Shown here: positions 31,085 to 40,468 of the stretch, piece after piece
How the letters are laid out: each line of letters starts with the position of its first letter
Numbering within the stretch: the stretch's first letter is position 1
Notes under the pieces: generated by a model
What the model was told of the DNA's origin: nothing
The model's input: only the letters and a program-made list of their open reading frames with translations
Databases searched by the model: none
Translations under genes and position numbers: made by a program
Assembly (NCBI RefSeq): GCF_030013595.1
Contig: NZ_CP122769.1
Reading direction: 5' to 3' (one strand)
DNA from: Escherichia coli
Lineage (GTDB): Bacteria; Pseudomonadota; Gammaproteobacteria; Enterobacterales; Enterobacteriaceae
Length of the DNA: 64,000 nucleotides

Positions 31085-31722
31085 ATGTAATTCCTCAGGT
31101 GCGAGACAAACGAATCTGATTCTGAAGGCTCACCAATTGCCCTGAGTTTCCAGCCTGTAGCCTCGCGTATCAGCTCGGCAAAAACCATGGAGCGCTGGCT
31201 GGCGAAGGCGGGTCCGCCAGAAAGATCGAATCGTGCCATTTCAATATTACGGGCATCTACTGCCCGGATGAAGGCATTCTGAACTTTACCAAAGTGCTGC
31301 TGGAGCTTTTCACCATTGTAGATCTGAACGATGAACACAATTTTCTCGTACTGAGCGTCAAGGGAATTCAGGCGCACAATAATTTGCTCATCGTCACCAT
31401 CACCGGCTCCGGTTCGGTTATCGCCCGTCAGCCAGATATTTCCTGACTTATGGCGAAGGCTGTTGAAAAAGATGATATCGCCATTCACAAGCGTTGGTTT
31501 ACCATTTTCCACATTGCCGAGATCGGTCACCTTTCCGGCTGAATTACACAGGAAAGCGATCACATCAAGGTCGTATTCTTCTTCTTTTTTACCAAAGATC
31601 CCGCCGAGGAAACCTTTCTTTTCCTCATTAATATCCCAACCCAGGCCGATAGTAACGGACGAGAGATCGTATTCATTTTTTTTCAGGCTTACGCCCTGGC
31701 CTTTGCTCAGACTGACAGACAT
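31081..31722 (-). CDS. terX: TerD-family protein TerX
   Basis: TerD-domain signature GDNRTGAGDGDDE and N-terminal [13 protein letters not shown] typical of TerD/TerX proteins. Confidence 0.85.
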   Translation of the reverse strand: MSVSLSKGQGVSLKKNEYDLSSVTIGLGWDINEEKKGFLGGIFGKKEEEYDLDVIAFLCNSAGKVTDLGNVENGKPTLVNGDIIFFNSLRHKSGNIWLTGDNRTGAGDGDDEQIIVRLNSLDAQYEKIVFIVQIYNGEKLQQHFGKVQNAFIRAVDARNIEMARFDLSGGPAFASQRSMVFAELIREATGWKLRAIGEPSESDSFVSHLRNYM

Positions 31723-31744
31723 GACATCCCCTTAATTAATAAAA

Positions 31745-32383
31745 TTATAAGACCACGTTTACTTCTGGCGGCGGCGGTGGCAGGTCTTCAAGACCGATCA
31801 CTTCTTTTTTGCTGGACTCCACTTTCTGACTGCCTACCGAAATGCTCGCACTGACCCATTTAAAGAAAGCTTTAATCGTCGAACTGTCAGCTGTATCGAG
31901 CTGAACCACGATTTCAGTGATTTCTTTGAGGACGCTGGTATCGGCATCATGCCCGGCTGCACATGCCACAACAACGCCGGTTCTGGCCGCTTTAAAGTCA
32001 TTCAGGCCTTTACGCCAGTCATCATTCGGACTTCCATCCGTCATCAGGAATACAAGGGGACGCCAGTCACCTTTAGTGTCAGCCGTCGTTTTCTGTACTT
32101 CTTTGGCAATGGAGCTGGCCGTCAGGGTAAGCGCTGCGCCAAGAGAGGTGGTGCCGCTGGCTGTTAGTGCTGGCATCTGGAAACTCAGGAGGTCTGTCAG
32201 GGGGACTGCCTGTCGGGCTGAAGAATCAAAGGTGATCACTGACACGTAAGCCGTTTCGAGTGCATACGGATCCTGTTTCAGCGTGGTAAGCAGCGTCTGA
32301 ACGCCATTCTTAACCGCTTCGATAGGCTCTCCGTGCATAGAGCCGGACGTGTCGAGTAGCAGATATACGGGTAAGCGTCTCAA
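31745..32383 (-). CDS. terY: TerY vWA protein (first TerY paralogue), TTG start
   Basis: LRRLPVYLLLDTSGSM and FLMTDGSPND; no in-frame ATG at the conserved N-terminus, but TTG at 32383 is preceded by AAGGA at proper spacing. Listed ORF extends to 32464. Confidence 0.7.
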   Translation of the reverse strand: MRRLPVYLLLDTSGSMHGEPIEAVKNGVQTLLTTLKQDPYALETAYVSVITFDSSARQAVPLTDLLSFQMPALTASGTTSLGAALTLTASSIAKEVQKTTADTKGDWRPLVFLMTDGSPNDDWRKGLNDFKAARTGVVVACAAGHDADTSVLKEITEIVVQLDTADSSTIKAFFKWVSASISVGSQKVESSKKEVIGLEDLPPPPPEVNVVL

Positions 32384-32846
32384 ATGTAATTCCTTCTTAA
32401 GAGATCGGAAGAGGAGAGTAGTTTCAGGAAGAGGCCAGAGTTTGTAGATTTGATAAAACGGCACGACATCTGTCGGGTGGAGATTAAATACTCAGAAGCG
32501 GCATTAAAGAAATAAGTTAACCACCATTGAATTACCGACATGTGAATGGCCTCTTATCAGAGAAAAAAATTCAGACCGTACTGGAATATAAAATTTCTGA
32601 AAAAAACTCCGGCAAAAATAAACTTTCTTATGTATGAAAATCATCATACATCACAGATCTGCATGAATGGAGTGTAAATCGCCCAAAGATTGATGTGTAG
32701 CACAAGAGGATGTCAAGACACCAGGTTTTGTAGGCAGAAAGGCGCTGCTGACATTGCGGGAGGAGAATAGATCAAAACTCCGTCACGCAGATACAGAGGT
32801 GAAATATGACAAAACCGGGGTTTTCACCCCGGTCTGAGATTTAGCG

Positions 32847-33314
32847 TCAGGACTTTTTAGCGCTGTATTCTTTTATCAGTTCATCAACGGAGTGCAGAGC
32901 CAGCTTCTCTACCGCTTCACTTCGGGTCGAGCCACTCAGCGCAGCCAGACGGTCAATTTTTCTTAAAATCCGCATGCGTAGCGATAATGACACGGCTGTT
33001 TTTTTATCCTTATCGAGTACGACCTTCCCTGTGGACTCACCGGTTTTCAGTTCAGCATTCTGTGCGAGCGCTTCATTCATCCGGCGAAGGGTCTTTTTAT
33101 CCAGCTGGCCCGGATTAACGAGATGGTAGGAATGACCTGCCTTGCTGTATTTGATCTCCGCAGAATATGACTCGCGTAGCTCTTTGAGTGCCCGGGTTAA
33201 TGTCGGCTCTGAGCATTCCAGACTGGTTATAATGTCGGCAGCGGAAACGGGCTTGCCGGTGCCCAGTAAGTTGGCAAGCTTAAAAATCCGGGCCTGTCTG
33301 GTATTTAATTGCAT
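32847..33314 (-). CDS. terW: winged-helix regulator, TerW-like
   Basis: 155-aa product with HTH-like segment ADIITSLECSEPTLTRALKEL; position immediately upstream of terY/terX as in described ter loci; followed by hairpin CCGGGGTTTTCACCCCGG. Confidence 0.55.
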   Translation of the reverse strand: MQLNTRQARIFKLANLLGTGKPVSAADIITSLECSEPTLTRALKELRESYSAEIKYSKAGHSYHLVNPGQLDKKTLRRMNEALAQNAELKTGESTGKVVLDKDKKTAVSLSLRMRILRKIDRLAALSGSTRSEAVEKLALHSVDELIKEYSAKKS

Positions 33315-33331
33315 CGTAAGATTTAGCCTGC

Positions 33332-34540
33332 TTAAAGGGTTAGTGGTTCAATAGGCTGAAAAATGAAGGTACTGCTCATCTTTCGAATAACCGGGTGATC
33401 GCCTAACGCTTCAACCGGATCAATGTGTTCTAAGCCTGCAAAATTTACTGACGACATCTGGCTGCGACTGCATTTGCAGGACAGGATATACTCATCCTCC
33501 AGATAGCCGGTCCGCTTACTGACCCGTTGCGTAAAGCCTGACACAATCACGTTGTCGAACGGTAGCGTATGTAAAACGATACCGACCAGGCGGAACAAGC
33601 AGCCATGGACGTGGCGGGCATAGTTTTCGCGTACGGCTTTTTGCGTCATGGCTTTTTCCGTCAGCTCCGTGCCCCGGGCATTAACGCCGTAAATCTTATC
33701 AGGGAAATCTTCAATCTCAGCTAAATCAACATCCAGCAGGACTGCTGATAGCTCCGGCTTTACTTCAAATGCAACAAGCGTTTCACGCGGCCATTCAGTT
33801 TCTGCCAGCACACCCGCCAGGTATGATTCGAAAAACGCGGCGTCTGTCCGGAACTGCTGCCGGGCATCTGCCTGAGCCGTGGCGAGCCGTTTTTCATGTT
33901 CTTCAGCCTCAAACTTCCAGTTTGCATACTGTTCGGCCCAGGCCGTCCGTTGTTGCTGGTACCGGTGCTGTCGAAGGGTATTCTCACGCTCCACATCAAT
34001 CAGCTCCTGCTGCCACCGGCGAAGATTTTCGGCGTGGCGCTCAGCTTTAGCTGATTCCGATTCAAACCATTTACCCAGAAAACTAATGCCTTCGCTCTCG
34101 GCAGGCTTTTCCGGCAATGCAAGATAGTCTGGCTTTTCTGGACGCACCGGTGCCGGAACCTGAAAAGGCGACGTTCTGTTATGCAGGTATACTGCTTCCA
34201 GCTCTGCCCAGCTGATGCCTGTTTTAGGATCCGGCGTCAGCTCGTGAATATTACGGATTGCGGTCACCGCTGACATGAGATCAGCGGCTTCCTCCTCAAG
34301 CGCCTGTCTGAGCCCCGGGTCGGTAGCCGTCCGGTTCCCACCTCCGGAACGCGCGGCCCGATCAAGCCGGGTACGGTAACTCAGCCCGGTACCGGGCAAG
34401 CCCAGATTGGCATAGGTCCCCCGGCTTCCAAAAGAAACGGAAGCACCTCTCGGCCCGACACTCAGGCTCGGTGCACCGTTACTCAGGTTGAGGCGAACAC
34501 CAGGAATAATGTTGATCGACTTTCTGAATCTGAACCCCAT
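33332..34540 (-). CDS. DUF4236-like N-terminal domain protein, function unknown
   Basis: N-terminal Gly-rich motif MGFRFRKSINIIPGVRLNLSNGAPSLSVGPRGASVSFG; charged helical middle region. Confidence 0.5.
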   Translation of the reverse strand: MGFRFRKSINIIPGVRLNLSNGAPSLSVGPRGASVSFGSRGTYANLGLPGTGLSYRTRLDRAARSGGGNRTATDPGLRQALEEEAADLMSAVTAIRNIHELTPDPKTGISWAELEAVYLHNRTSPFQVPAPVRPEKPDYLALPEKPAESEGISFLGKWFESESAKAERHAENLRRWQQELIDVERENTLRQHRYQQQRTAWAEQYANWKFEAEEHEKRLATAQADARQQFRTDAAFFESYLAGVLAETEWPRETLVAFEVKPELSAVLLDVDLAEIEDFPDKIYGVNARGTELTEKAMTQKAVRENYARHVHGCLFRLVGIVLHTLPFDNVIVSGFTQRVSKRTGYLEDEYILSCKCSRSQMSSVNFAGLEHIDPVEALGDHPVIRKMSSTFIFQPIEPLTL

Positions 34541-34550
34541 TATGATTTCC

Positions 34551-35510
34551 TTAATGATGCTGGGTCACGGTAAGTAATCTGATTCCATCAGCGCTTTGCT
34601 CGTTCTGTAACCCATAAAAACGAGCTCTGTCCAGAATGCCAGCCGCCCAGCGGCGATGTGTGGCGGGTTCACACATTGCTCCCTGCGACTTAAACACGGC
34701 CTGGGTAGAGTTCAGGATCCGCAGAGCGTCAGAATGCTCACCCTGAGTGACCATCAGCGCGTTTTGAATGACCTCTATCTGACCCGGGTGAATGGCCGTT
34801 TTCCCAACAAGCCCATGTGCCATATCAAGAGCCAGCTCTCTGGCCATTACGGCATGATCGTCAATATGCTCACATACGGGCGCGGTCAGGGCAAAATCAC
34901 GCGGGCCGAAGACCGAAACGAGCATTTTGATGACGTAGCCCATCGGGCTGTCATACAGCGTCAGGTCCCGGGGACGGCGAAGCGACACAACGTTCATAAG
35001 ATCGTTGCCGCCGATTCGAAGCGCAATAATGCGGTCGTGGCAGGGATGTTCCACCAGACGGGTGGCCAGCTCCCGCATCTGAACCACGTCAAAGACGTCT
35101 TCTGTTTCCAGCGTTGGCATCATGCACAGGTGAGTCCCGCCCATGATATCCCACCATTCAGCTAACGAACTGAGGGTAAATTTCGGCAACACAAACCCGT
35201 CGACAGCGGAAAGATCATAATGCGCTTTTAACCATCTGCCCATTTCGGCATGCCGGGGGCGAATGAACACCAGAGGCCAGTCATTTTTACCCAGGCTATG
35301 CATGCTGTTACTGAGCTCGTGCAGCAGGTGCTCCAGATTTTTGAGGGCGACGGGGATGTCTGCTTCACTGACAGCATCCTCCAGGCAAATCACCAGAGAG
35401 CGCAAACCCGGGATTTTCCCGTGCAGGACGGCATCAGCAATATCTTCCCGTGTTGCAGGCATGTATAGCGTGGCTCCCAGATTCCAGGGAGAAAGACGAT
35501 TTTTCATCAA
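34551..35510 (-). CDS. HpcH/HpaI aldolase / citrate-lyase beta-subunit-like TIM-barrel enzyme
   Basis: 319-aa product with CitE/HpcH-like features (LVICLEDA, ...RIGGNDL...); start overlaps upstream stop. Family assignment by recollection, not search. Confidence 0.6.
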   Translation of the reverse strand: MMKNRLSPWNLGATLYMPATREDIADAVLHGKIPGLRSLVICLEDAVSEADIPVALKNLEHLLHELSNSMHSLGKNDWPLVFIRPRHAEMGRWLKAHYDLSAVDGFVLPKFTLSSLAEWWDIMGGTHLCMMPTLETEDVFDVVQMRELATRLVEHPCHDRIIALRIGGNDLMNVVSLRRPRDLTLYDSPMGYVIKMLVSVFGPRDFALTAPVCEHIDDHAVMARELALDMAHGLVGKTAIHPGQIEVIQNALMVTQGEHSDALRILNSTQAVFKSQGAMCEPATHRRWAAGILDRARFYGLQNEQSADGIRLLTVTQHH

Positions 35511-36586
35511 AGTACCTTCTTGATAATGGTTACAGCCCGATACTGGCCGAGGGTTCCCCCCATTTCTGTAACAACTATTCCCTTTTCACGAGCAAGCCCT
35601 ACAAGCAAGGCAACGTCCGGGTCGTCAATAGAACGCACAAATACATGGTCCGGTACCCGACGTAATACAGCCCGGGTTGCTTCAGCAATACCGGGTTTTA
35701 TACGATTGACGCTGTCCACTTTAAATTCATCGGCCAGGAACGCGATAACGTCGCGACTTGTCTGCCATAAGATCCGGGCTGACTCCGTATTCCAGCTCAG
35801 GGGAGCGAGGGATGACGGGGTTAACTTCTTACGGAAATGAGCGACGGTATCGACAAGCATCCGGCTGCATTCGAATTCACTGAGATGCTCGCAAACCATG
35901 CACCCGTGTAATCCTTCAGAGGACCACACTGACCGGGAGATCAGGCCTGACACCGGCGCACCCATGATGCCAAAAGGAATGAGCCAGTCATCATCACTGG
36001 CTGCAAGCCAGGAGCAGCCACAGGGATCGGCCAGGACAACCAGTCGCGGCTGCTCAGGATAGCCCGGGCGATCTTTCAGTGCGCGTACAAGCTCTCCGGT
36101 AATTGCGCCTTTACCTGTCCATCCGTCAACAAAGACAATACCGCTGGTACCATGCCGCTCTTCAATGACGTCGAGGGCTGCACCGTCAATTCCACGATCC
36201 CGGATAATGCTGATACCGTAATGCCATGAGGTTTTCCCCATGTCACGCAGGGCCTGGTGCAGCATAACGCCGAGCGGCACGCCAGCCCTGACAAGACTGG
36301 CCAGTACAATGGGCTCATCACCAAAGCGTTTGGCCAGAGCAATAGCGAGCTGTGTGACTTCTTTTGCAAGTCTCTCTGCGCCCCGATCCAGCGCCCGGTG
36401 AAACAAATCAAGATGCCATTGTGTTGGCGCTGGCTCCTGACTGAGCATGTCCGAATAATGTTTCTTCCCTGACTGAATCAGCTCTTCTTTTTGCTCAACC
36501 GGCGTCATCTCAATGACAACCGGCTTTAGCAGAAATTCCACGTCACCGGGCTGGTATGAGCCGGTAAATGTGTCATGTGGCTGCAT
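35507..36586 (-). CDS. conserved ter-associated protein with degenerate phosphoribosyltransferase-like motif
   Basis: Start set at ATG 36586 (MQPHDTFTG), one nt after the HAD gene stop; motif GIVFVDGWTGKGAITGEL resembles a PRTase PRPP loop. Listed ORF extends to 36652. Confidence 0.5.
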   Translation of the reverse strand: MQPHDTFTGSYQPGDVEFLLKPVVIEMTPVEQKEELIQSGKKHYSDMLSQEPAPTQWHLDLFHRALDRGAERLAKEVTQLAIALAKRFGDEPIVLASLVRAGVPLGVMLHQALRDMGKTSWHYGISIIRDRGIDGAALDVIEERHGTSGIVFVDGWTGKGAITGELVRALKDRPGYPEQPRLVVLADPCGCSWLAASDDDWLIPFGIMGAPVSGLISRSVWSSEGLHGCMVCEHLSEFECSRMLVDTVAHFRKKLTPSSLAPLSWNTESARILWQTSRDVIAFLADEFKVDSVNRIKPGIAEATRAVLRRVPDHVFVRSIDDPDVALLVGLAREKGIVVTEMGGTLGQYRAVTIIKKVL

Positions 36587-36587
36587 T

Positions 36588-37361
36588 TTAATTTTCTCCA
36601 AAAATTCGCTGTGAAATGGCATCTGCAAACTGACTCTGACGCGGGATGCCAAACCAGCTGCACAGTTTCATAAAACGATGATCGCTCAGGCTGTCGCCCA
36701 GGCCAATTACGGGGAAGACTCCGCGTTCAGCCCGAAGTTTTTCAAGCAGCCATCTGACTGCCAGCCCTTTCTCAACCGGGGTGGGAAGCCAGGCCACGTT
36801 ATTACTGTTGCGGTGGATGTAGAAGCCCTCGGTCGGAAACACCGTTTCTATCTCATCTGCAATGGCATTGAGCTCGTCAAGGCGGGTGCTGTCGCGGTGC
36901 TTCATCACCATATAAACCGCCGTTTCACAGTATTCGAAGTTCAGCCTTGCCCAGGCATTGATCCCTTTTGCGTCCATCATTTCAGTGATCAGACGCTGCA
37001 TCGATGTCAGCTTTTCCTGGTAGGGAGCCAGCTGGCCAAGCATATGGGCCTTCCACTCCTCGTCGGGTTTGCCTTCAGGCGTGAGAATGACGGCCCCGTG
37101 CGTGGTGATTGCCCAGGAGTGGAAAGGGATCCGGACGCGGCTGATTTCTTCAGTTCCCCGGGCGGTAACAGGTATGAGTTCAGCCTGCTCCAGGAGCCAG
37201 TCCACCAACATGGACTGTTCTTCCGTCATAAAGCTTCGTGGATTCAGGGTGCGATCAACGGCACCGGTACGGAATGGCTCCAGGGCCAGCTCGTCCACCA
37301 TTTTACGACGGGTCTGAAAGAGCGTGTCGTCAAGGTCGCTCAGAACAACGGGTTTATTCAT
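36588..37361 (-). CDS. HAD-superfamily hydrolase
   Basis: Start set at MNKPVVLSDLDDTLFQ (HAD motif I DxDxT) with RBS GGAGA; listed ORF has a 112-codon upstream extension overlapping the PRTase gene. Confidence 0.65.
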   Translation of the reverse strand: MNKPVVLSDLDDTLFQTRRKMVDELALEPFRTGAVDRTLNPRSFMTEEQSMLVDWLLEQAELIPVTARGTEEISRVRIPFHSWAITTHGAVILTPEGKPDEEWKAHMLGQLAPYQEKLTSMQRLITEMMDAKGINAWARLNFEYCETAVYMVMKHRDSTRLDELNAIADEIETVFPTEGFYIHRNSNNVAWLPTPVEKGLAVRWLLEKLRAERGVFPVIGLGDSLSDHRFMKLCSWFGIPRQSQFADAISQRIFGEN

Positions 37362-38502
37362 AGGTAACAATCTCCACGACGGGCGCAACCTCAGCCAGGG
37401 CTTTAAGAAGCTGCGTGTCAATACTTTCTGCGGGTGTCTCAGTACACACAAGAATACGGTCAAACTGCTGGTGGGCGACGTTATAGACAAAATTGGGGAT
37501 GCCCAGCCCGTAGTTATCCGTAAAGGAAATGGCGGACTCAATGGCATAACCAACGGCGATAGGGGAGCGGGTGGTCGAACCATAAAGTGCCTGTGCTCCG
37601 GCAGCTTCGAGCCGTTCAGCAAGCAGGAACGGCTCCCAGACGAATTCCCCGGTCCCGAGAACCAGAATACGTTCCCCCTTGCGGACGGAGACCTCATGGC
37701 CGAGATCGGCCGCAGGTGCGAGCATCCCCAGTCGACCCCAGGACTGTTTTCCCAGGATGTCCCATTCTCCGCGTGAAGTTACGTTGACTTTCGGCATGTC
37801 CGGGACAGGTGCATCAGGTAATGGGGTCCATCCCCACTGACCGCTTACAAGCGAAACCGAAGTGACGGGCAAGGATGTGCGCTCCGACAGGGCGTTGCTA
37901 CTCCAGTCGGTAAGCGTAACGGCGATAACCTGTTCAATATGTTGAAGCTTGCCGGTATTACGCAGGGCAGAAAGCAGGTTAATAAAGGTATTACCGGTGG
38001 TTGCCTCGTCATCAATCAAAACCAGCGTTCGTGCGTTGGTAACACGACGTCTTTTCTCTTCATCATCTGGCAGATAGATCAGATGATCGGTGGCGTGGCT
38101 GTGTTCTTCCTTGAACTCGCAAAGTAACGTGCCATCAACCGGGTGACGGGTAGAGGTCAGATAGACAGATTCACGATGCTGGTGGCGCACTTCATCAAAC
38201 ACACCGGCCCCTAGCCCAACGGCGGTTTCAGCCATACCGATAAAAAGTACGGGCCCTGTCAGCGTTGCGGGGAACTGGCTGGCAAGCTGTCTGTAGGCCT
38301 GCCGCATGACTGAGGGTGGCACGGGAATGTGCCTGCCGAGTACTTTGCTGACAAACAGAAAGGCGCGTTTCGGGTTACGTCTTTCAGCGATATCAAACAG
38401 GTCATCGAGCGAAACATCACCCTGGTCGCGGGTTACCTGTATCGTACCGCATGAGAGGGTACGGCGATAAATCATATCTTCGAGGGTATCAGACATAAAC
38501 AC
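37354..38502 (-). CDS. phosphoribosyltransferase (PRTase) family protein
   Basis: PRPP-binding motif RTLVLIDDEATTGNTF. Confidence 0.7.
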   Translation of the reverse strand: MFMSDTLEDMIYRRTLSCGTIQVTRDQGDVSLDDLFDIAERRNPKRAFLFVSKVLGRHIPVPPSVMRQAYRQLASQFPATLTGPVLFIGMAETAVGLGAGVFDEVRHQHRESVYLTSTRHPVDGTLLCEFKEEHSHATDHLIYLPDDEEKRRRVTNARTLVLIDDEATTGNTFINLLSALRNTGKLQHIEQVIAVTLTDWSSNALSERTSLPVTSVSLVSGQWGWTPLPDAPVPDMPKVNVTSRGEWDILGKQSWGRLGMLAPAADLGHEVSVRKGERILVLGTGEFVWEPFLLAERLEAAGAQALYGSTTRSPIAVGYAIESAISFTDNYGLGIPNFVYNVAHQQFDRILVCTETPAESIDTQLLKALAEVAPVVEIVTYE

Positions 38503-38505
38503 GCC

Positions 38506-39564
38506 TTAATTCAGATGGTTAGAGAGTGATTCCGGGTAAACGATGACATCTGTGATGGATCTCACTGCAACCGGAGAAAAGGTATTTCTGGCGCTCTGGA
38601 TCACCGCATCTTCAGACATCAGACCGAGCTTAAAGGCAGCAAACAACCCGGGAAGGTTCACCCCGCTGTGAAGGGTATAACCCACCCCGCCTGACGGACG
38701 CATGTTGGTTTCAAGCAGCACCGGGTTGCCATTCACATCGTTTCGCGTCTGAACATTCACCAGCCCGTCGGCCTTCATAACCCGGGCGCAGTCACAAGCC
38801 AGTTCCCAGGCGCTTCCTTCGTTTACCAGATACTGGATAGCCCCTTCCTTACGGCGTCCCACGGCTGCGAGTATTTCGCCCTTATCCGCGAGGATATCGA
38901 CGGAAAATTCCGGGCCTGGCAGGTACGGCATCAAAACAAGGGGTTTAAACGACTCAGAAGCCGATGCTGCTGCAATATACTGTTGCGGACTGACCAGACG
39001 ATGTTCGGGATGATTAAAGACGGCCATGGGCGAAGCACTGTCATCAAAGCGCCAGAATCCCATGCCATAGATACCCGTCACCGGCTTCACGCATACCGGG
39101 CTGTCCGAGAACGGCGGGGCCGCGAGGTGCGTCTTTAATTCTGCCAGCGTATTCACCCGCCAGGACGGTACGACCGGGAGCCCGTTTTGCTCCATAAACT
39201 GAGCAAAAGTAACTTTTTCGTCAGCCAGAGTTAACCAGTCGACGCCTGTTGCACCGGTAGTAAGGGTGGCTCCGGTCGATTCAATGGCTGAACGGTGTTC
39301 TTCAAACCACTGGCTGTTACGGCCAGTATGAATATGGTGGATGCCGTAGGTCTGAATGGTTTCCTGAATAAACTGAAGACGTTTTTGAGGATCTTCAGGT
39401 TCAGTCAAAGAATAATCGGCAACGGAAAGAATTTCATGTCTTTCGTTACGGTGGGAGGCAAATACGGTAATAGCAAAATTATTTTTTTGTGCAAATGATT
39501 TTACCCCCTGAATAATATCTCGCTGGGAGGACAAACCTTCCATAAACCAAATTTTCTTGTTCAT
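38506..39564 (-). CDS. ATP-grasp family enzyme
   Basis: 352-aa product with ATP-grasp-like organisation; first gene of the minus-strand operon, divergent from terZ. Family assignment by recollection of ter-linked clusters. Confidence 0.6.
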   Translation of the reverse strand: MNKKIWFMEGLSSQRDIIQGVKSFAQKNNFAITVFASHRNERHEILSVADYSLTEPEDPQKRLQFIQETIQTYGIHHIHTGRNSQWFEEHRSAIESTGATLTTGATGVDWLTLADEKVTFAQFMEQNGLPVVPSWRVNTLAELKTHLAAPPFSDSPVCVKPVTGIYGMGFWRFDDSASPMAVFNHPEHRLVSPQQYIAAASASESFKPLVLMPYLPGPEFSVDILADKGEILAAVGRRKEGAIQYLVNEGSAWELACDCARVMKADGLVNVQTRNDVNGNPVLLETNMRPSGGVGYTLHSGVNLPGLFAAFKLGLMSEDAVIQSARNTFSPVAVRSITDVIVYPESLSNHLN

Positions 39565-39793
39565 TTTTTTTAATTATCCGGAACGCCATGCAAATTTATG
39601 ATTGAGAAGTGAGTCTATGAGTGTCTACGCTACATGTCAATCATAATATGATTAATAACTTCAGTGGTTATGGAGTGCGTCAGTGTTTTTTTAGTACCTT
39701 ATAACGTATTGATATTTAAATTAAAAATAGAAAAATGAACACCATGAAAAGGATTTATTTTTGTGTTTTTGAAGAAAACTACCAAAATTTCCC

Positions 39794-39821
39794 TTGTCAG
39801 AGAACTTCATCATGATATGAT
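39794..39821 (+). promoter_or_regulatory. candidate sigma70 promoter for terZABCDE (TTGTCA - 16 bp - TATGAT)
   Basis: -35 TTGTCA (39794-39799) and -10 TATGAT (39816-39821) in the AT-rich 320-bp divergent intergenic region upstream of terZ. Confidence 0.35.
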
Positions 39822-39886
39822 TTTCTTCGTCAGTTACTAAATATACCTTTGATTGTCTCGGTCATTACCATTTTAAGGAATAAAAC

Positions 39887-40468
39887 ATGGTTTCATTAGT
39901 TAAGAACCAGACGGTATCACTCAGCAAAGAATCAGCTGCATTAAGCCAGCTTCATTTCGGTCTCGGTTGGGATCCGGTTAAGAAAAAAGGTCTTCTTGGA
40001 GGATTGTTTGGAGGCAACGACTCAATCGATCTCGATGCTGGCTGCGTATTAATGGACAGCACCGGTAAAACAATTGACACCATCTGGTTCCGCAAACTGG
40101 AATCCACCTGCGGCGCTGTTGTGCACAGTGGCGATAACCTGACCGGTGAGGGTGACGGTGACGATGAGGTGATTAAGGTCAACCTCTCCCGACTGCCTGC
40201 AAACGTTGAATACCTGGCGTTTACGGTAAACAGCTTCCGTGGTCAGTCGTTCAATGACGTCGAAAACGCGTTCTGCCGCGTTGTCGATCAAACCGGCAAA
40301 GAGCTGGCTCGCTACAAGCTGACTGAGCAGGGCTCACATACCGGGATCGTTATTTCTTCGCTGCGCCGTAATAACGGCAACTGGGACTTTACCGCCCTTG
40401 GCCATGCCTGTCGCGGCCGCACAATTGACGATATGCACTCCGATATCGTTTCAGCGGTTATTCGCTAA
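39887..40468 (+). CDS. terZ: TerD-family protein TerZ
   Basis: TerD signature [13 protein letters not shown]; first gene of terZABCDE. Confidence 0.9.
   Translation: MVSLVKNQTVSLSKESAALSQLHFGLGWDPVKKKGLLGGLFGGNDSIDLDAGCVLMDSTGKTIDTIWFRKLESTCGAVVHSGDNLTGEGDGDDEVIKVNLSRLPANVEYLAFTVNSFRGQSFNDVENAFCRVVDQTGKELARYKLTEQGSHTGIVISSLRRNNGNWDFTALGHACRGRTIDDMHSDIVSAVIR

Noticed and set aside
36588-37697. 369-aa form of the HAD hydrolase gene
   Set aside because: The first 112 codons are proline/serine-rich with no homology signal and overlap the PRTase gene. The HAD DxDxT motif begins at an internal ATG with a good RBS.
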